Below, piece by piece: positions 59,972-64,000 of a stretch of DNA of 64,000 bases. A program made the position numbers and the translations under genes. The notes under the pieces were generated by a model. It was not told the DNA's origin. It saw nothing but the letters and a program-made list of their open reading frames with translations, and made no database searches. The DNA is from Promethearchaeota archaeon (lineage in GTDB: Archaea > Asgardarchaeota > Lokiarchaeia > Sigyniarchaeales > SOKP01). Numbering within the stretch: the first letter of the stretch is position 1; each line of letters begins with the position of its first letter. The stretch lies in contig JAHPZI010000021.1 in NCBI GenBank assembly GCA_019058295.1, positions 160,001 through 224,000 of the forward strand, written 5' to 3'.

Positions 59972-61735
59972 TTATTTGTGTGAGTAATAACAAAATAATT
60001 CTCTATGTTCTAACTTGACTGGATTGACAAACGCGTACCGTTCCAGTTGTATAGTCTTATTCATTGGAATTTTGAGTAAGTTTATTTCGCCATAACCATT
60101 AGAAATTGAACCATCCGGCTTAAGAATTTGCACATTTATTTTTTCATCTTCGGGAACCCAATGAATAATGGAATAATCTCGATTTAATTCTAAACTATGG
60201 TAATAGGCTTTGATGTTTTTATTTTTTAAATCCACAGAGAGAATCTGAATATTTACACAATCTTTTAGGCGAATAATTTCTCCCGCTTTTAACTTCTTTG
60301 CATCTGATGAAGCAATAAAAATCTTTAATTGTTTATCCTTAGATTTTCCTTTAATTATTCTTTTTCCCTTTTCAGGACTGGAGGGTAATAGGAAGGGTTC
60401 TGCTATATATTCCTCAAATGGGACCTCATCGATCTCAATTAAAATTGGATCTTCAACGAAAAAATATCTATCTGAAATCTCATCAATTATATCCTTATTT
60501 TTTGAATAGAGCCAATTAACTGAAAATGTTATTCCTGTCATTGACATGCCAAGGTCTAATAATGCTTCTTTTAGAGCTTCAGGACGTATCCCCCGCTTTT
60601 TTAGAGATTGTAAACTCCATGTTCTTGGATCATCCCAACCTTTATATAGACCATTTTGGATATTATTTCTCGCGGAAGTTTTGCTTAATTTTATATCTGG
60701 GAAATTTATTCTGCCATAATGAAGAAATTCCGCTTTTTTCCATTTAAAATGTTCCCAAATAAAGTCTTCTATAAAATCTTCCTTTATTAAATCTGCTCCA
60801 CGTAAAATATGTGTGACCCCGATAAGATGATCATCGATTGCCCAGGAAAACTCTAACATAGGCCACACGATATATTTATTTCCGACTTTTGGATGTTCTG
60901 CCTCAGATATTCTCATAATAATTTGGTCTCTTAATGCGGGATCTTTTTGATCCATTCCCGTTTTTAATCTAACAACAGCATCTTGTTCATGATACTTCCC
61001 ATTAAGCATTTTATTCCATTCTTTCAAATTAATTTCTATCGATTGTTCTCTATGCGGGCAATTCTCTTTTTTATTTTTATATTTTTCTTTAAATTTTTTG
61101 GCAGAACAGAAGCAAACATATGCTACATCATCTTTTATTAGTTTCTCGGTATACTCGTAGAAAATGTCTATCCTATCGCTTTTATAATATACTTTTGAAT
61201 ATTTAACACCAAGCCATTCTAATCCTTCTTTTATTAAATCGTAAGCTTCAGGAAGTACATATTTTGCCTTAGGACTGTCTCTTAATGATTTTGGACTTCC
61301 TATGGTATCGTCATAGAATAGAATTAGTTCACCACCATGTCTCTTAACATATTCATTATTTAAAACAATCATTCTTGCATTACCAATATGTAATGCCCCG
61401 CTAGGATAAGGAGCTAAACGCATTATAACTTTATCATAATTATCTACATTAGGTAATGTAGGAAGCTCTTTTTTTTCTTCAATTTTTTCCTTTTTTTCTA
61501 AGGCTTTCGGGTCTAATTGTAATAATTTTCCTTTTTGTTCTTCAAGGCTTAATTTGGAAATTTCCTCAATAATTTGATCTAATACAGGAATAACAGTTTT
61601 GGCTTTAGATCTTAAATCTTTTCTTTTCGCCATTAACTTTCCCATAATAGCCTTTTTATTAGGCTTTCCACCAAATTCTATAGCATTTTTTAAACCGCTA
61701 ATCCAAAGAATCTTTTTTATCTCTTCATCATCCAT
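59972..61735 (-). CDS. gltX: Glutamyl-tRNA synthetase (archaeal/eukaryotic type)
   Basis: MRLAPYPSGALHIGNAR, DDHLIGVTHILRG, KLSKT, GWDDPR, IQLERYAF. Confidence 0.96.
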   Translation of the reverse strand: MDDEEIKKILWISGLKNAIEFGGKPNKKAIMGKLMAKRKDLRSKAKTVIPVLDQIIEEISKLSLEEQKGKLLQLDPKALEKKEKIEEKKELPTLPNVDNYDKVIMRLAPYPSGALHIGNARMIVLNNEYVKRHGGELILFYDDTIGSPKSLRDSPKAKYVLPEAYDLIKEGLEWLGVKYSKVYYKSDRIDIFYEYTEKLIKDDVAYVCFCSAKKFKEKYKNKKENCPHREQSIEINLKEWNKMLNGKYHEQDAVVRLKTGMDQKDPALRDQIIMRISEAEHPKVGNKYIVWPMLEFSWAIDDHLIGVTHILRGADLIKEDFIEDFIWEHFKWKKAEFLHYGRINFPDIKLSKTSARNNIQNGLYKGWDDPRTWSLQSLKKRGIRPEALKEALLDLGMSMTGITFSVNWLYSKNKDIIDEISDRYFFVEDPILIEIDEVPFEEYIAEPFLLPSSPEKGKRIIKGKSKDKQLKIFIASSDAKKLKAGEIIRLKDCVNIQILSVDLKNKNIKAYYHSLELNRDYSIIHWVPEDEKINVQILKPDGSISNGYGEINLLKIPMNKTIQLERYAFVNPVKLEHRELFCYYSHK

Positions 61736-61897
61736 TAATGTTACTCATCTTATTAGATATTTTAATGAAATTATTAACCAAATTTTAAACAATATATAAT
61801 TAATATTATCTATCAAAAAATTATTAAGAATTTTTAAATATGAATAAAAAAACACAAATATAATAAAAGAAGATATAATAAAAATAGGTGTTTTAAA

Positions 61898-62182
61898 ATT
61901 TATTATCGAGGATATATTCTAGTCCGTCTAAAAATCATTGGTACTGAATGGAAAGTAGTGGAAAAATTGAAAGGTTTAAAATCCACCGACCCTGGTGAAA
62001 ATTGGATGGTAACATATTCTACACCAGTCTATGGTGGATGGGATCTGATTATCGAATGCTCATTTAGTAATCTTCAAGATTTAGATAAAATTGTTACTTT
62101 TTGTAGAGTTGATGATGAACTTGGTCAATGGATAGAAGAAACAACTACATTAGTTTCATCGCGTCCTGATTGGACAAAATAA
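61898..62182 (+). CDS. Stand-alone Lrp/AsnC ligand-binding (RAM)-like domain protein
   Basis: With the N-extension GYILVRLKIIGTEWKVVEKL...PVYGGWDLIIE...DLDKIV...IEETTTLV it fits the RAM pattern; ATT 61898 lies 6 nt after AGGTGT. Confidence 0.7.
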   Translation: MYYRGYILVRLKIIGTEWKVVEKLKGLKSTDPGENWMVTYSTPVYGGWDLIIECSFSNLQDLDKIVTFCRVDDELGQWIEETTTLVSSRPDWTK

Positions 62183-62335
62183 ATTTTACAATTTTTTTAA
62201 CTATTTTTAATTTATGTAAAGTATATATAATAAATTAAAGAGAATAGATTACTATAGGAATGTCTTAGTATTCAAACTCGTTTTCCCAAAAGATTAGGCG
62301 GGATATAAATTAAAATTCTTTTATTTTTGATTATT

Positions 62336-63859
62336 ATGAGCGAAAAAATGAATGTTTTGTTTATAGTATGCGACGCAAATCGATCAGATCATTTAGGCTG
62401 TTATGGAAATCAAATTTTAAAAACACCAAATCTGGACAAATTAGCGGATGAGGGTATACGATTCACAAACTGCTTTTGTACAAATCCAATATGCATGCCA
62501 AATCGTGCGACGATGATAACAGGTTTATATCCAAATGTCCACGGTGTGCGGAGTAATGGAATTAATTTACGAGAGGATATCCCAACCATAATAAAGACTT
62601 TACAAAAGCGTGGATGGCATACAGCAGCTATGGGAAAAATTCATCATCAATTTTGGATGGCTCCATTTAAGCTTAAATATAAGTCTGCAGAAAGTCTTGT
62701 TAGTTGGGTGGAAAATACTGGAAAAGATCCAGTAAGGAACAATTTTCCTCTTCCTTATTATGGATATGAAGAGGTAGAAGTGATTTCAGGCAATGGCTCA
62801 GTTTGCGCCGGTCATTATACTGAATGGTTAGAAGAACGAGCTCCAGATATCGCTGAGGATATGAAAAAAAGGGTTAAAAATTATGATAATCTTTTCAGTC
62901 TTTTCTGTAAAGAGATACCTGAAGAATTTTATAATACTACATGGGTTAAAGAACGAACACTAGCATTTCTTGAAAGATATGCTCGAGGAGACTATGGAAA
63001 TAAACCATTTTATTTGCATTGTTCATTCCCCGATCCTCATTATCCTTTATATCCACCAAAGAGATTCCAAGATATGTATAACCCAGAGGATATTCCACTT
63101 CCGACCAATTTCGATGATATCACTAATTTATACAACCATGAATATTTAGGACAGCATCTAAAAAAGCCACCATTTAAAAAAGCCTTTATACGCGAGTCGA
63201 CAGAAGATGAGGTAAGGAAGATTACAGCTTTAACTTACGCTTCAATTGGATATGTAGATGCTTGTATAGGCCAAATTTTAGCGTCTTTAGACAACTTAGG
63301 CTATGCAGATAACACTATAGTAATCTATACGAGCGACCATGGAGATTTAATGGGAGATCACGGGTTATTATTCAAGGGTCCTTGCCCTTTTAATGGTGTA
63401 TTGCAATTACCAATGATATGGAAAGTGCCTGGTCTAATAAAACCTGGAAGTGTTTCAGACTCATTAGTGAGTTCAATTGATTATCCAAAGACAATTCTAA
63501 ATCTCTTAAAGATTCCAGAACATCACCATCCTCCAGATATGCAAGGTTTTGATATGACACCAATTTTAAAAAACTCTAATGAAAGAATAAGAGATTATTG
63601 TTTAATAGAGAATGATGAAGAAATTGGACCTCTCATCTCCAGATTAAGACACCTGATTACTGAAAACTACAAGTTAACAATATATGAAGGAATGGAGAAT
63701 TTTGGAGATATTTATGATCGTAAAAAGGATCCTGAAGAATTACATAACTTATGGTATGATAAGGATTTTAAAGAAAAGCGATTCGAATTGGTTAATAAAT
63801 TACTTCAAGAAAACCTTAAAGCACAGAGTAAATATCCAAAACGGATTGCTGGAACTTAA
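62336..63859 (+). CDS. Sulfatase (Cys-type, formylglycine-dependent)
   Basis: NVLFIVCD, TPNLD, CMPNRA (CxPxR), GKIH, SFPDPH, SDHGD..GDHG. Confidence 0.95.
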   Translation: MSEKMNVLFIVCDANRSDHLGCYGNQILKTPNLDKLADEGIRFTNCFCTNPICMPNRATMITGLYPNVHGVRSNGINLREDIPTIIKTLQKRGWHTAAMGKIHHQFWMAPFKLKYKSAESLVSWVENTGKDPVRNNFPLPYYGYEEVEVISGNGSVCAGHYTEWLEERAPDIAEDMKKRVKNYDNLFSLFCKEIPEEFYNTTWVKERTLAFLERYARGDYGNKPFYLHCSFPDPHYPLYPPKRFQDMYNPEDIPLPTNFDDITNLYNHEYLGQHLKKPPFKKAFIRESTEDEVRKITALTYASIGYVDACIGQILASLDNLGYADNTIVIYTSDHGDLMGDHGLLFKGPCPFNGVLQLPMIWKVPGLIKPGSVSDSLVSSIDYPKTILNLLKIPEHHHPPDMQGFDMTPILKNSNERIRDYCLIENDEEIGPLISRLRHLITENYKLTIYEGMENFGDIYDRKKDPEELHNLWYDKDFKEKRFELVNKLLQENLKAQSKYPKRIAGT

Positions 63860-63865
63860 TTAAAT

Positions 63866-64000
63866 TTATCGCATCTCTCGCTTTAACTTTTTTACCAATT
63901 CTTTCAGTTCTTTGGCACCATTAAGGTAACTATTCTTTGCGATAAAGGAAGGTTCTTCTTTTGCTTGTCTTTTAAAGATATTTGCTTTTAGAGCATAGGT
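63866..64000 (-). CDS. 3' end of a CDS extending beyond the window
   Basis: 45-codon open frame ...TYALKANIFKRQAKEEPSFIAKNSYLNGAKELKELVKKLKREMR*, convergent with the sulfatase. Confidence 0.55.
   Translation of the reverse strand, partial: TYALKANIFKRQAKEEPSFIAKNSYLNGAKELKELVKKLKREMR

Overview
AT-rich archaeal chromosomal segment, most likely from an Asgard archaeon (Lokiarchaeia-like). Support comes from an archaeal histone, rps8e, SRP19, proteasome beta, archaeal-type GluRS, an intron-containing tRNA-Pro(GGG), a Rab/Ras-like small GTPase, four longin-like domain proteins, a JAMM protease and several coiled-coil, TPR or Zn-finger proteins. About 55 CDS; no CRISPR array, IS element, integrase or rRNA was seen. 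Main observations: (1) a six-gene ABC-2/type V operon (8902-18016) with two permeases and three NBD-bearing proteins. One NBD is fused via a TM helix to a large extracellular prenyltransferase/squalene-cyclase-type repeat ectodomain; another is a degenerate NBD fused to RWD/UBC-like domains; the operon ends with a longin-TM gene. (2) Two 7TM-longin fusions directly upstream of a small GTPase, with a similar 7TM module attached elsewhere to a C4C4 RING-like finger beside JAMM and proteasome genes. (3) At least eight genes whose conserved N-termini can only be translated from ATA/ATT/CTG codons, placed at about the same SD spacing as ATG genes. (4) A 1480-aa prenyltransferase-repeat/coiled-coil/winged-helix/TM protein. 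(5) A one-gene cassette flanked by a ~97-bp duplication of the tRNA-Pro promoter and 5' end. All domain calls are from motif recognition by eye, not database searches.
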